Source of the DNA: Paenacidovorax caeni
GTDB taxonomy: Bacteria > Cyanobacteriota > Cyanobacteriia > PCC-6307 > Cyanobiaceae
Reading direction: 5' to 3'
Length of the DNA: 64,000 bases
Assembly: GCA_943371385.1 (NCBI GenBank)
Contig: CALRUP020000005.1
Span: 1,365-65,364 of the forward strand
The position numbers and the translations under genes are program-made. The notes beneath the pieces are model-generated. The model was not told the DNA's origin. It ran no database searches and saw only the letters and a program-made list of their open reading frames with translations. This document shows, in pieces, positions 49,468-59,234 of this stretch; position 1 is the stretch's first letter, and each line of letters opens with the position of its first letter.

Positions 49468-50019
49468 ATGGCCCGTCCCTACCAACCCTCGCTGCTGCGA
49501 CTCGTCCATGGCGGCACCGCCCTGCTGGTGGCCGCCACCTGGTTCAGTGGTCTGCTGATCTACAGCCATTACGACGGCCGCTGGGGGCGCCTGGGCTGGC
49601 AGCCTCCCGGCGACTGGATCGACCTGCATGGCAGCGCCGGGGTGGTGCTGTTGCCCCTTGCCGTGATGCTGGCCCTCTATGCCTTCACCCTGGGACGGCG
49701 CCAGCTCAATCGGATCGGCAATGCCCTGCCCCTGGCGGCTCTCGCCCTGGCCCTCGTCAGCGGCAAGCTCATGCAGGAGGACTGGTTGCGGGACGGCGAG
49801 CTGCACCACCTCATCTACAGCTTGCACCTGATCAGCTGGCTGTTGATCACCTTCACGCTGCTCTGGCACCTTGGCGCTGCGCTGCGGCTGGGGGGCTGGC
49901 CGTTGATCAGCTCGATGCTCAGCCTGCGCCTCCAGGCCCGCGATCGGCCCCAGCACTGGCCTGGCCAGCTGGGGCGCTGGCTGGGGCGCTGGCTGAACCG
50001 TGGGGGCCCCCAGCCCTGA
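49468..50019 (+). CDS. Cytochrome b/b6-domain membrane protein
   Basis: RLVHG, IDLHG and YSLHL His spacing across four TM segments. Confidence 0.7.
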   Translation: MARPYQPSLLRLVHGGTALLVAATWFSGLLIYSHYDGRWGRLGWQPPGDWIDLHGSAGVVLLPLAVMLALYAFTLGRRQLNRIGNALPLAALALALVSGKLMQEDWLRDGELHHLIYSLHLISWLLITFTLLWHLGAALRLGGWPLISSMLSLRLQARDRPQHWPGQLGRWLGRWLNRGGPQP

Positions 50020-50193
50020 TGAGGTCTTCGCCAGCAATTATCCAGGTTTCAACATCATTGTTGGGCCAATCATTAAAGCAATCAAAAATAAAGTCGCTAA
50101 TCGCCTGATTCTCCAGCTCCAAGCGTTAGACCCACCGCACGCAAACCCATTGATAACGGGAGCGGCACATCCTTGCCCCAGACCGTTCCTGCA

Positions 50194-50919
50194 ATGAAGC
50201 CCTCTCTGCTGCTGATCGACGACGACCTCGAATTCTGCCAGCGGCTGGTGGTCGAACTCAACGCAGCCGGGTTCGACACCCGCTACGCCCTCGATGGCAT
50301 CCACGGCCAGGCCCTGGCGCACCAACTGTGCCCCGACCTGATCATGATCGATCTGATGTTGCCCAAGGTGGATGGCCTCACCCTCTGCATGCGGCTGAAA
50401 CGGGATCCGCGCACCACCGCTGTGCCCGTCCTGATCCTCACCTCACTGCGGGACATCAGCGACAAGGTGAGCGGTTTCAATGCCGGCGCCGACGACTACG
50501 TGATCAAGCCCCACAACAGCGAGGAACTGATCGTCCGGCTGCGTGCCCTGCTCCGGCGCAGCGGCTCTCAGGCGCTGCCTTCCCTGCGGGGAGAGGTTCT
50601 CACCTACGGGCCCCTCACCCTGTTGCCCGAGCGGCTGGAGGCGATCTGGTTCGACCAGGCGATCCGCCTCACCCGCCTGGAACTGGAGGTGCTCCATTGC
50701 CTGCTGCAGCGCCACGGCCAGGCCGTCCCCCCCGATGAGATCCTCGCGGAGGTCTGGGGCTATGAGCCGGATGTGAATGGCATCGAATGCCTGCGGGTTC
50801 AGATCCGCCACCTGCGCGGCAAGATCGAACCCGACCCCCACCGGCCCACCTATCTCAAGACCATGTACGGCGTGGGCTACTGCCTGGATCTGCCCATGGA
50901 CCAGCAGCGCTACGGCTGA
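50194..50919 (+). CDS. OmpR-family response regulator, divergent RpaA paralogue
   Basis: [55 protein letters not shown] and YG.GYCL.LP are RpaA hallmarks. Confidence 0.8.
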   Translation: MKPSLLLIDDDLEFCQRLVVELNAAGFDTRYALDGIHGQALAHQLCPDLIMIDLMLPKVDGLTLCMRLKRDPRTTAVPVLILTSLRDISDKVSGFNAGADDYVIKPHNSEELIVRLRALLRRSGSQALPSLRGEVLTYGPLTLLPERLEAIWFDQAIRLTRLELEVLHCLLQRHGQAVPPDEILAEVWGYEPDVNGIECLRVQIRHLRGKIEPDPHRPTYLKTMYGVGYCLDLPMDQQRYG

Positions 50920-50939
50920 GTCACGGGCGGCTCACCGGC

Positions 50940-51605
50940 TCACTCCCCCCACATCCTCAGCAGGTTGCTGTAGCTACGGCAGAGCAGGTCGAACACCTCG
51001 CCCTTTCCACCGCCGGCGAACAGGGTCCTGCGGGCCGTGTCCAACTCGAACAGCAGCTCCCGCCGCTCGGCGCTGCGCACCCGGCTCTGAATCCAGCCCA
51101 CCGCCACCAGTCGCTCACCGGCGCTCACCGGCTCCACCCGGTGCAGCAGGGTGCTCGGATAGATCAGGGCATGGCCCGCCGGCAGACGGAACGCCTCCTC
51201 GCCGTGGGGTTGCTCCAGCACCAGCGCGCCGCCTTGGTAGTGATCGGGAGCGGTGAGAAAGACCGTGAACGAGAGATCCGAGCGGCCTCCGTCCATGAAG
51301 GCGTTGTCCACGTGGCGGCCGTAGCCGTCCCCGGGGCCGCTGCGGCTGAACAACAGCCCATGGAGACGCACCGGCAGGGCCGCCGACTGCAGCAGCGGGT
51401 GCGCCAGCAGAGCCGCACTGACCTGGCTCGCCAACGTTTGATGCAGGGCACTGCCGCGATCCAGCTGCCAGTTGCGCTTCACCTGGCGGGCGTGCCAACC
51501 GGCGGTGGAGCTCCCGGCCAACCAGGCCCCCGGCTCCGCCTGCAACGCCCCACGCAAGCTCAAGGCCGCCTCGGGGCTCAGCAGGGATTCGAGTTCAAAG
51601 CGCAT
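50940..51605 (-). CDS. PKHD-type Fe(II)/2OG hydroxylase (PiuC/YbiX-like)
   Basis: G..TAG..A..VK.N.Q, YG.HVDN, DLSFTVFL, YPS..LH.V.PV..GER and VGWIQS. Confidence 0.9.
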   Translation of the reverse strand: MRFELESLLSPEAALSLRGALQAEPGAWLAGSSTAGWHARQVKRNWQLDRGSALHQTLASQVSAALLAHPLLQSAALPVRLHGLLFSRSGPGDGYGRHVDNAFMDGGRSDLSFTVFLTAPDHYQGGALVLEQPHGEEAFRLPAGHALIYPSTLLHRVEPVSAGERLVAVGWIQSRVRSAERRELLFELDTARRTLFAGGGKGEVFDLLCRSYSNLLRMWGE

Positions 51606-51614
51606 CTCTGTTGA

Positions 51615-53540
51615 TCAGCCCCTCAGCCACAGCACCGTTTGGTAGAACACGAAACTGCTCACCCAGGCCAGCAGCAGCGACCAGACCACCGCAAAGGCCG
51701 TGAACCGCCAGTTCTTGGACTCGCTGCGGATCACCGCCACCGTGGAAAGGCACGGGGTGTAGAGCAGGGTGAAGATCATGAAGCTGTAGGCCTGGGCCCA
51801 ATCCAGGTCCAGGGCCAGGGCCTGACCCAGCCGCACCGGGTCGGCCTGGGTGTAAATCACCGCCAGCCCCCCCAGCACAATCTCCTTGGCGATGAAGCCG
51901 AACAGCAGCGCCACCGTGAGTTTGGGGTTGATGCCGATCGGGGCCAGCAGCGGTTGCAGCGCCTGGCCGAGCATCCCCGAGAGGGTGCCGGCACTGGCGG
52001 GGGGAACCCCCACGGGCAGGTTGTTCATCAACCAAATCGCCACCACCCCGAAGATGATGAAACGCCGTGACCAGATCCAGAAATGGCGCACTTCGCACCA
52101 GGCCCGGTTGAGCATCTGGACCGCCGTGGGAAAGCGATAGGGAGGTAACTCCAGGATCAGCGGCTCATCGCTGCTGAAGCTGCCCTTGAACAGCGCCGCA
52201 GTGAGAATCATCGCAACGAAACTCAGCAGATAGAGGCTGAAGATCACCAGGGCTCCCTGGCTTGGGGCAAACAGCGCCGCCGCCATGAACAGGAACACAT
52301 TCAGGCGCGCCGAGCACAGCGAGAACGGAATCACCAGCATCGAGAGCAGGCGCAGGCCACTGGAGCGCATCACGCGGGTGCCGAGCAGCGCCGGCACATT
52401 GCAGCCGAAGCCCATCAGTGAGAGCACGAACGAGCGGCCATCGAGCCCCAGCCGCTCCATCAGACCGTCCATCAGGAAGGCCGCCCTCGAGAGGTAGCCA
52501 CTGTCTTCGACCACTCCCATGGCCAGGAAGAACAGGAAGATCACCGGCAGAAACGCCGCCACCGTGCCGATACCCTGATAGAGGCCATCCATCAGGAAGC
52601 CGCTCAGAAAGGGGGGAAGGCCGCCCAGCAAGGGCCTCAGCAGCTGAGCGCCGAGGCCATTGAGCACGGTGGCGAGCCCCGCCTGCAGCGGCACCCCCAG
52701 GGCGTAGATGCCCTGGAACATCAGGAACATCACCCCAAAAAACAGCGGCAGCCCCAGCACCGGATGCAGCAGCAGCGCGTCCAGGCGGCGAGTGGTGCGG
52801 TCCTTGAGGCGATCGGGCAGCCGCACGGCGGCCTCCAGCAGGGGCGCCAGGGCGGCATCGAGGGCAGGATCAGCGAGCAGGAAGCGCGCGGGATCAAGGC
52901 AGCGCACCGGGGCCTCTGCCAACGCCAGCCGGGCCTCGATCGCCGCTCGAACCTCAGCGAATCCTGTGCCGTACTTGGCGCTGATCGGAAGCACCGTCAG
53001 GCCCAGCTCGCTGCTGAGGACGTCATGGTCGATCGTCAAGCCGAAGCGGCGGGCCTCATCGGCCATGTTCAGCAGCAGCAGCACCGGCAAGCCCAGGCTT
53101 TGGGCCTGGAGCACCAACTGCAGCTGCCGGTCGATCTGACTGGCATTGAGGATCACCAGCACCAGATCGAGCGGGGTGCGCTCCAGGAATCCCCGCACCA
53201 GCAGTTCGTCTTCGGAGTAGCCGCGCAGGTCATAGATGCCCGGCAGATCCACCACCCGCGCCAGGCGACCGCCCAGCTCCAGCTGGGCCTGCAGCAGATC
53301 GACGGTGAGCCCTGGCCAATTGCCGATCTGGGCATGGGCGCCGGTGAGCCTGGTGAAGAAGGTGGATTTGCCCGTGTTAGGCATGCCCAGCAGGGCCACG
53401 CAGGGGGGGCGATCGGGCCCCTGGGGCTCCGGAGCCTGGGGGACCACAGACGCTTCAGGGCCCGGCCCGGAAACGGGTTGAACAGCCGGTGGCGGAGCGG
53501 ATGGCGAGGTGGTGGCGGGGCCCATGGCGCGCCTGTTCAT
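51615..53540 (-). CDS. feoB: Ferrous iron transporter B
   Basis: GMPNTGKS, GNWPGLTVD, DLPG, NMAD, gate motifs GFGCNVP and LYTPC. ATGA-coupled to feoA. Confidence 0.92.
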   Translation of the reverse strand: MNRRAMGPATTSPSAPPPAVQPVSGPGPEASVVPQAPEPQGPDRPPCVALLGMPNTGKSTFFTRLTGAHAQIGNWPGLTVDLLQAQLELGGRLARVVDLPGIYDLRGYSEDELLVRGFLERTPLDLVLVILNASQIDRQLQLVLQAQSLGLPVLLLLNMADEARRFGLTIDHDVLSSELGLTVLPISAKYGTGFAEVRAAIEARLALAEAPVRCLDPARFLLADPALDAALAPLLEAAVRLPDRLKDRTTRRLDALLLHPVLGLPLFFGVMFLMFQGIYALGVPLQAGLATVLNGLGAQLLRPLLGGLPPFLSGFLMDGLYQGIGTVAAFLPVIFLFFLAMGVVEDSGYLSRAAFLMDGLMERLGLDGRSFVLSLMGFGCNVPALLGTRVMRSSGLRLLSMLVIPFSLCSARLNVFLFMAAALFAPSQGALVIFSLYLLSFVAMILTAALFKGSFSSDEPLILELPPYRFPTAVQMLNRAWCEVRHFWIWSRRFIIFGVVAIWLMNNLPVGVPPASAGTLSGMLGQALQPLLAPIGINPKLTVALLFGFIAKEIVLGGLAVIYTQADPVRLGQALALDLDWAQAYSFMIFTLLYTPCLSTVAVIRSESKNWRFTAFAVVWSLLLAWVSSFVFYQTVLWLRG

Positions 53541-53800
53541 GCCCCATTCTCGCAAGGATCCATGCAGATGCGCTCGGCGTCGCAGCGGCGCAGCATCAGC
53601 TCGGTCATGCCGACGCGCACATGCAGCGGTCCTGACCACCAGGCGCGGCGGAGGACCTGCACCGTGCGGCCCTTGCAGAGGCCGAGGGCACTCAGCCGCT
53701 GCAACAGACCCGCTTCAGCAGCCACCGCCAGGATCCTGCCCGAGCGTCCCACCTCCAGACCAGCCAGGGAGAGGGCGTGGCCCGGAGGAGGGAGGCCCAT
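53537..53800 (-). CDS. feoA: Ferrous iron transport protein A
   Basis: RL.ALGL..G..V.V.R.A...GPL.VRVG.....LRR..A. Confidence 0.88.
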   Translation of the reverse strand: MGLPPPGHALSLAGLEVGRSGRILAVAAEAGLLQRLSALGLCKGRTVQVLRRAWWSGPLHVRVGMTELMLRRCDAERICMDPCENGA

Positions 53801-53809
53801 GGGCGGGCT

Positions 53810-53830
53810 TATTGCAACTGAATCTCAGTA
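53810..53830. promoter_or_regulatory. Fur-box-like site upstream of feoA
   Basis: TTGCAACTGAATCTCA resembles TGAGAATnATTnGCA and overlaps the stop codon of the upstream gene. Confidence 0.55.
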
Positions 53831-54475
53831 TCGTAGCGCCGTCGTCGCCCGGGGCAGATGGGTGATCACCAGATGGCGCTGGGCATCGATGCTCAGCCAG
53901 CCCTCATCCCGCAGCAGACCGATCACCCTGGTCACCGTCACCCGGGTGGTGCTCAGGGCGCTGGCCAGCTCTTGGTGGGTGAGCCGCAGGTTCAGGCGCA
54001 GGCCGGTGTCACAGGGCTGGCCGTACTCCTGGGCCAGCAGCTCCAGGAACCCCCGCACCCGCTCCTCCACCCGGCGCAGGCCGAGCAGCGCCAGCAGCAC
54101 TTCGGCCTGGCGGTAGCGGCTGGAGACCGCCTGCATCAGCGCCATGGCCAGATGGGGGCTCTGCTCGATCTCAGCGCAGGACAGGCAGAGCAGATCGGTG
54201 TCGCAAAGGGTGATCGCTTCGTAGGCCTCCACATTGGAGAGCGGATCACCGAAGGGCTCATTCGGCCCCGCCAGACCAAGCAGCAGCTCATCGCCATGGA
54301 TGGAGACGGCCCCCAGCTTCACCATGCCCCTCACCACCAGCCAGATGGTGTTCTTGAGCAGCGGCACGGAACTGCCGGTGCTCAAATGAACGAGGTTGCG
54401 TTTTTGGTAACTGGATTCGAGAACCTCGCGCAGGCCATCACTGCGGCCCGCATCACGGGGCGGTGTCGCAACCAT
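53825..54475 (-). CDS. ptrA: Crp/Fnr-family regulator, PtrA-like (phosphate stress)
   Basis: cNMP-like domain plus HTH LRLTHQELASALSTTRVTVTR; lies downstream of pstS, as recalled for marine Synechococcus. Confidence 0.7.
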   Translation of the reverse strand: MVATPPRDAGRSDGLREVLESSYQKRNLVHLSTGSSVPLLKNTIWLVVRGMVKLGAVSIHGDELLLGLAGPNEPFGDPLSNVEAYEAITLCDTDLLCLSCAEIEQSPHLAMALMQAVSSRYRQAEVLLALLGLRRVEERVRGFLELLAQEYGQPCDTGLRLNLRLTHQELASALSTTRVTVTRVIGLLRDEGWLSIDAQRHLVITHLPRATTALRY

Positions 54476-54547
54476 CGGAGTGACCAAAAGGAACGTGGCT
54501 AGCGTATGGAGGAACACATGGAAACGGGCAAAGCTTTGTTATCCAGA

Positions 54548-54566
54548 CGGTTAAGTTCTGGCTAAG
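54548..54566 (-). promoter_or_regulatory. Pho box (two 8-bp units, 11-bp period) upstream of the ptrA-like gene
   Basis: CTTAGCCA-gaa-CTTAACCG on the minus strand, matching cyanobacterial PyTTAAPyPy(T/A). Confidence 0.6.
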
Positions 54567-54641
54567 GCGTGATCGGATGGGTGGCACCGGCTCGGCGCTC
54601 TGGACCGGCGAACCCCCAACGGATTCAGAAGAATCCCTGCC

Positions 54642-54669
54642 AATAAAAAAGGGTCCGAAAGGACCCCTT
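54642..54669 (-). terminator. Intrinsic terminator after pstS
   Basis: GGGTCC-TTTC-GGACCC followed by T6 on the minus strand. Confidence 0.8.
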
Positions 54670-54747
54670 CAAAACCCATTGATAAAACCTTGAGATCACA
54701 GCACGATCAATAACAATCGAGCCACCATCATCAAAGCCATCAGTGTC

Positions 54748-55728
54748 TCAGGAACCGATGTTGGCGACAGCGGTCCGCGACGACTTCAGGATGCTGTCAC
54801 GCAGGGGCACGAAGCCCAGATCATCCGCCAGGCCCTGGGGTTTGGGGCTCAGGGTGTAGAGGAAGGCCTCTCGAATGGCGGAAGCCTTGGAGCCGTTGCC
54901 GGTTTTGTAGGCCAGGATCCAGGTCAGCGTGGTGATCGGATAGGCCTGGGCGCCGGCGGGGTTGGGATCTTCACCGGCCAGCATCCCATCAAGCTTGATG
55001 CTGTTGAGGGCCGCGGCGCCACCTTTGAGGTCGGGCTTGATGAAGTTGCCGGACTTGTTCTGCACAGCCGCAGACTGGAGCGGCCCCTTGACGAAGGCAC
55101 GACTGAGATAGCCGATCGAACCGGGGGTGTTGGTGAGCACACCGGCCACACCCTCATTGCCCTTGCCGCCCACACCGACCGGCCAGTTCACGCTCTTGCC
55201 TTCGCCCACCTTGCTCTTCCACTCAGAGGAGAAGGCGGAGAGGGAGCTGGTGAACGAGAAGGTGGTACCGGAACCATCGGAGCGATGGGCCACGGAAATC
55301 TTGCCCGGGGCGCACTTGAGTTGCTTCCAGTCCTTGATGTTGCCGAGGAAGATGTCGGCGACCTGCTTCTGGGTGAGCTTCAGGCTGCAGCCCGGCTTGT
55401 TGTAGGCGATGGCGATCGTGCCGCCGGTGGCGGGGAACTGCACCACACCGCGCTTCACCTTGGCGGCGTCGGAGGCCTTGATCGGCTCATCGGTGGCGCC
55501 GAAATCAACGGTGCCGGCAATGAACTGACGCACGCCAGCGCCGGAGCCCACCGACTGATAGTTGACCTGGATGTCCTTGGCTTTGGCCAGATCAGCGAAC
55601 CAGCGCTGGTACAGCGGGGCCGGGAAGGAGGCACCGGCACCGTTGAGGTTGGGGCCCGCTAGAGCGGAAGCACCGAGGCCGAGGGCGGCAAGGGTGGTGA
55701 GAGTCAGGGCCTTCTTGGCGAAGGTCAT
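54748..55728 (-). CDS. pstS: Phosphate ABC transporter substrate-binding protein
   Basis: GAGASFPAP.Y..W, YQSVGSGAG, DFGATD, HRSDGSGTT, GKGNEGV and YPI.TLTW. Confidence 0.95.
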   Translation of the reverse strand: MTFAKKALTLTTLAALGLGASALAGPNLNGAGASFPAPLYQRWFADLAKAKDIQVNYQSVGSGAGVRQFIAGTVDFGATDEPIKASDAAKVKRGVVQFPATGGTIAIAYNKPGCSLKLTQKQVADIFLGNIKDWKQLKCAPGKISVAHRSDGSGTTFSFTSSLSAFSSEWKSKVGEGKSVNWPVGVGGKGNEGVAGVLTNTPGSIGYLSRAFVKGPLQSAAVQNKSGNFIKPDLKGGAAALNSIKLDGMLAGEDPNPAGAQAYPITTLTWILAYKTGNGSKASAIREAFLYTLSPKPQGLADDLGFVPLRDSILKSSRTAVANIGS

Positions 55729-55754
55729 CAGAGCGGCCATGGTGGGAGCGTTCA

Positions 55755-55800
55755 AGGTTTAGCCGCTGGACCCCCCCGGCATCGTTATGGCCTGGTTAAC
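55755..55800 (-). promoter_or_regulatory. Pho-box-like repeats upstream of pstS
   Basis: GTTAACCA-ggc-CATAACGA (55782-55800) and CTAAACCT (55755-55762). Confidence 0.5.
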
Positions 55801-56713
55801 CCCCGCTCAAGATCTGATTGAGCTTTCCCCGCTCGTTCGGATCGAGGGCTTCCGGAGCCAGGAGCCGCCAGCGGCCCCAGCTGAGCCCTTCGCGCCGCTC
55901 CAGTTCGGCGGCCAAGCTCGGCAGCGCCTGGGCCAGGGGCTTGTCCAGCTGTTCGCCCAGGGCCGAGCGCAACACCTGAAGATCCTGCAGATCCCCCAGG
56001 CAGCTCTGAACGGCCTTGAAGCGCTCGATCCAACCGCTCGGGCGCCCCTCCAGCAGCGGCGCCAGATTCTCCAGGCCGTAGCGGGCCCCCTTGATCCGTT
56101 TGCGCAGATCGTGGAGCACCGTCGCGTCCCGGTGGGGATCGGCGGCCCACCAGCCCGGATGGGTCATCAAGCCGCTGAGGCAGGGCGCGGGCCATTCCCC
56201 CAGCCAGTCGCGCACGGGTTCCAGTCCCAGGGGGGTGAAGCGCGGCTGGCGCAACCAGCCCTGGAGGGCCCCAAGCATCGCCAGGTAGCGGCCGCGCTTG
56301 AGCTGGTGCTCGAGATCGAGAAAGGCCAGCCGGCGGTCGCGGCGCAAGCGCTTGAGGATCGGCTTGAACCGCTCTTGCTCCGCTGCACTGAGCAGGGGCA
56401 GGTCGTCGTGGAGGCGGTCGCGGAGCACATCGAGATCCCTGGCCACCCCAAGCCGGCGTGCCACCCGGGCGATCCGCTCATCGCTGACGGCCTCGGGCAG
56501 CACCAGGGCCCGCTCGAACTGCACCAGGGCCGTGCGCAGCCGGCGCATGGCCACCCGCAACTGATGGAGGGGTTCAGGGTCCTCATCGGCGAGCACGTCA
56601 GCGTGCAGGGCGACGATGCGCCTGAGGGCAACGGCAAGGCGATCGGCGGCATAGGCGCCGGCGCTCAGGTACTGATCGATCGCCGCCGGCTCAGGTGGTG
56701 TTGGGGCGCTCAT
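55796..56713 (-). CDS. CHAD-domain protein (polyphosphate-binding family)
   Basis: LHQLRVAMRRLRT, LG..RDLDV, LH.LRK.IK..RY and Q..LGDLQD. Confidence 0.88.
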   Translation of the reverse strand: MSAPTPPEPAAIDQYLSAGAYAADRLAVALRRIVALHADVLADEDPEPLHQLRVAMRRLRTALVQFERALVLPEAVSDERIARVARRLGVARDLDVLRDRLHDDLPLLSAAEQERFKPILKRLRRDRRLAFLDLEHQLKRGRYLAMLGALQGWLRQPRFTPLGLEPVRDWLGEWPAPCLSGLMTHPGWWAADPHRDATVLHDLRKRIKGARYGLENLAPLLEGRPSGWIERFKAVQSCLGDLQDLQVLRSALGEQLDKPLAQALPSLAAELERREGLSWGRWRLLAPEALDPNERGKLNQILSGG

Positions 56714-57858
56714 CGCCGCCCCCTCGCCTGGGGAGAACGGCGCGGGGAGCGGCTCGCCGTCCAGTTGTCGAACCAGCCGCGGCGCCAGAGGACATAGGAC
56801 TGAAGGCCGGCCACGAACACCATCGCCAGCAAGCTGACGTAGTAGCCGTATTTCCAGTTGAGATCTGGCATGTTCTGGAAGTTCATGCCGTAGATGCCGG
56901 CGATCAAGGTCAACGGCGCGAAGATGCTGGTGATGATCGCCAGGGTCTTCATCACCTGGTTCATGCGGTTGCCGGTGCTGGCCATGTAGGCATCGGTCAC
57001 CGCATCGCAGTGGTAGCGCATCAATTCGCAGCTGCCGAACAGCATCTCCACCTGCTGGCCCATGTCAGTGAAGCCCTGCAGCGCCTGCTCACCCAGCACC
57101 CGATGGTTCTGGCGCAGCAACGACTGGATCTCGGTGCGCAATGGCCAGACCTGACGCCGGATCACGCGCAGATTGGCACGCACCTCATAGGCCCGGTTGA
57201 TCACCCTGGGGCTGGGCTCCCGCAGGGCCCGCTCCTCGAGATCGTCGAGGCGATTGGCGAACTGCTCAAGCAAGGGAGCGATCCCATCGAGCAGTTCATC
57301 GATCACGTAATGGAGCACGTCGTCGAGATCCGCCACACCGGGGACCCCATGGCCCACCAGCCAGTGGCTGAGCACCGGAAAGGGCTCCGCGCTGGGCACC
57401 TCCTCCACCGACACCAGCAGACGATCGAGCAGCAGCAGCCCGAGCTGCTCACTCACCACCGTGAGGCTGTCGGGCGCGAAGGACATGCGGTGCAGCACCA
57501 CCACCAGCCCATCGCCCAAGGAATCCACCCGGGTGCGCTGGGGCTGCTCCAGCAGGGGCCGGTGAAAGTCACTCGGCACATTGAGCAGCCGCAGGGCCTC
57601 GGTGATCCGGCCGATCTCCGCCAGACCCTGAATCCGCAGCCACAGGGGCCGCCCCAGGGCCGCCAGGGGCTCCAGTTCAGCGACGCTGCGCAGCCTGTGG
57701 CTCTGGACCCCCCGCTCGCCGAACACGATCACCGACAACTCGGTGGGGGCCGGGCCGTCGTGGCGGGCGAGGGCGGCGGGCAGGTCACCGGGTCGGTTCT
57801 CCAGCCGCCGGGTCTCCAGGGCCCCGGGGGTCGGACGGATGCCATGCGACTCCAACAT
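56710..57858 (-). CDS. corA: Mg2+/Co2+ transporter CorA
   Basis: MNQVMK.L, TLIAGIYGMNF..MP.L.W.YGY (GMN signature). Confidence 0.9.
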   Translation of the reverse strand: MLESHGIRPTPGALETRRLENRPGDLPAALARHDGPAPTELSVIVFGERGVQSHRLRSVAELEPLAALGRPLWLRIQGLAEIGRITEALRLLNVPSDFHRPLLEQPQRTRVDSLGDGLVVVLHRMSFAPDSLTVVSEQLGLLLLDRLLVSVEEVPSAEPFPVLSHWLVGHGVPGVADLDDVLHYVIDELLDGIAPLLEQFANRLDDLEERALREPSPRVINRAYEVRANLRVIRRQVWPLRTEIQSLLRQNHRVLGEQALQGFTDMGQQVEMLFGSCELMRYHCDAVTDAYMASTGNRMNQVMKTLAIITSIFAPLTLIAGIYGMNFQNMPDLNWKYGYYVSLLAMVFVAGLQSYVLWRRGWFDNWTASRSPRRSPQARGRR

Positions 57859-57984
57859 CGCCCCGAATCCAGTGGAGGCTTGAGGCTAGTTGGAGCGGCC
57901 GGTGTGATCCACCGCACATGAACCCATCGCTGGAGCGATCAGATTCGGAGATTGCACTAGCGTCTACCCGGCGCAGTTGAACGT

Positions 57985-58269
57985 GTGACGGCTTCCAACG
58001 ACGACGCTCTGGAGAGTGAATGGCTCGCCAAGGGCGCCACCCGTTCCCCCATGGAAGGCCACAGTGGTTACCGCGGTGACGACTGGAGCCCGGAACGACT
58101 CGCCTTTCACCAGAATCTCGAGCAGTTCGCCGAACGGGTGGGCCTGATCGTGGGCCTTCAGGGCAACGGCAAGGTGAGCCAGGAGCAGGCCTACGCCGAG
58201 ATCAAGGCGATCTGGAAATCCCTCAAAGACAGCAAGAACGCCCTGCTGCAGTCGGACGCGAAGCGCTGA
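57985..58269 (+). CDS. Conserved small cyanobacterial protein
   Basis: YRG...PE.L.F.QNL..FA.RV..I..L...GK.....AY..IK..WK.L..S pattern. Confidence 0.7.
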   Translation: MTASNDDALESEWLAKGATRSPMEGHSGYRGDDWSPERLAFHQNLEQFAERVGLIVGLQGNGKVSQEQAYAEIKAIWKSLKDSKNALLQSDAKR

Positions 58270-58522
58270 AACAGGTGTTGAGCGCGGTTCGTTGGTGTTC
58301 GAGGACCGAACTCACCAGCCCCGACCAGACCGGGCGATCCGCGCCAGCGCGGTGCTCAAGACCATGAAGGCCCGAGGGCCGTCAGCGATCTCAATCCTGC
58401 TGGCACCATCCAGCGGCGGAGCCCCACCAGGCTCGCTGAGACGCGATCGACGACCACCGTCCCAGGCCCACTCAGCAACGGCAGGTGCGCCCCATACAGG
58501 GGCGGACTCTCTCGCTCCAGGC

Positions 58523-59026
58523 TCAGGGGGAATCGCCAGAGGGAAGCTGACTGAGGGCCTGCACGCTCCCGGCTCCCAGCGTCAACCGACGGACGCTGCC
58601 ATCGGCCAGCGTGAGTTCCAGTCCCAGCGGCAGGACGTCGCTGGGACGTGGTTGCAGGGGCGCCAGATCGAACTGGGCCGATCCAGGCGGTGGCGCTGAG
58701 CCCCCGGGCGGCACGAGTTCAGCGCTGAGGTTGCCCAGTTGCCATTCGCCGCCCAGACCATCACGGAGCTGGAGGGCTTGGGCGTGATCGGGCTGGATTC
58801 CGGGGCTGAGGCCATTGAGCCGCAGTCGCCAGCCGCCGGCATAGGCGGGATCAGGCTGCTCAAACAGGCTCAGCTGCCAGCGGTCTCCATGGGAATCGGT
58901 GCTGGACCAGTGCTGGGCCACGCCAGCCTGCGCCGGCTCCGGTGGCAGCCAGAGCAGCAGAGCCAGGAACAGAGCTGTCAGCAGTGCGCCTGGCTGGAGC
59001 CGTTGCCGTTGTGCGGAAACATCCAT
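58523..59026 (-). CDS. Secreted DUF3122-like protein
   Basis: Signal peptide ending AQA; D..G..WQL.LF...WRLRL.G...SAQFDL.PL. Confidence 0.55.
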   Translation of the reverse strand: MDVSAQRQRLQPGALLTALFLALLLWLPPEPAQAGVAQHWSSTDSHGDRWQLSLFEQPDPAYAGGWRLRLNGLSPGIQPDHAQALQLRDGLGGEWQLGNLSAELVPPGGSAPPPGSAQFDLAPLQPRPSDVLPLGLELTLADGSVRRLTLGAGSVQALSQLPSGDSP

Positions 59027-59234
59027 CGCAGCGATCAACCGTTCATGACCTTTTGACCGTAGGGAGGGTTCCCCCGATGACAGGGCCTTCGACAGGAAGG
59101 TCACCGCCCAACATGCTCTGCCTGCCCAACGCGCTCTGCCTGCCCAACCGTGTCCAGCGCAGAGGGCGAGGCTGGCCAGGGGGCAGGCCAAGGGGGCTGG
59201 GCGGTGGCCTAGGCCGAGGGGGATCAGATGAGCC

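Noticed and set aside
59109-59148. Short duplication (GCTCTGCCTGCCCAAC x2, 18-bp period)
   Set aside because: Only two units in an intergenic region, with no associated feature.
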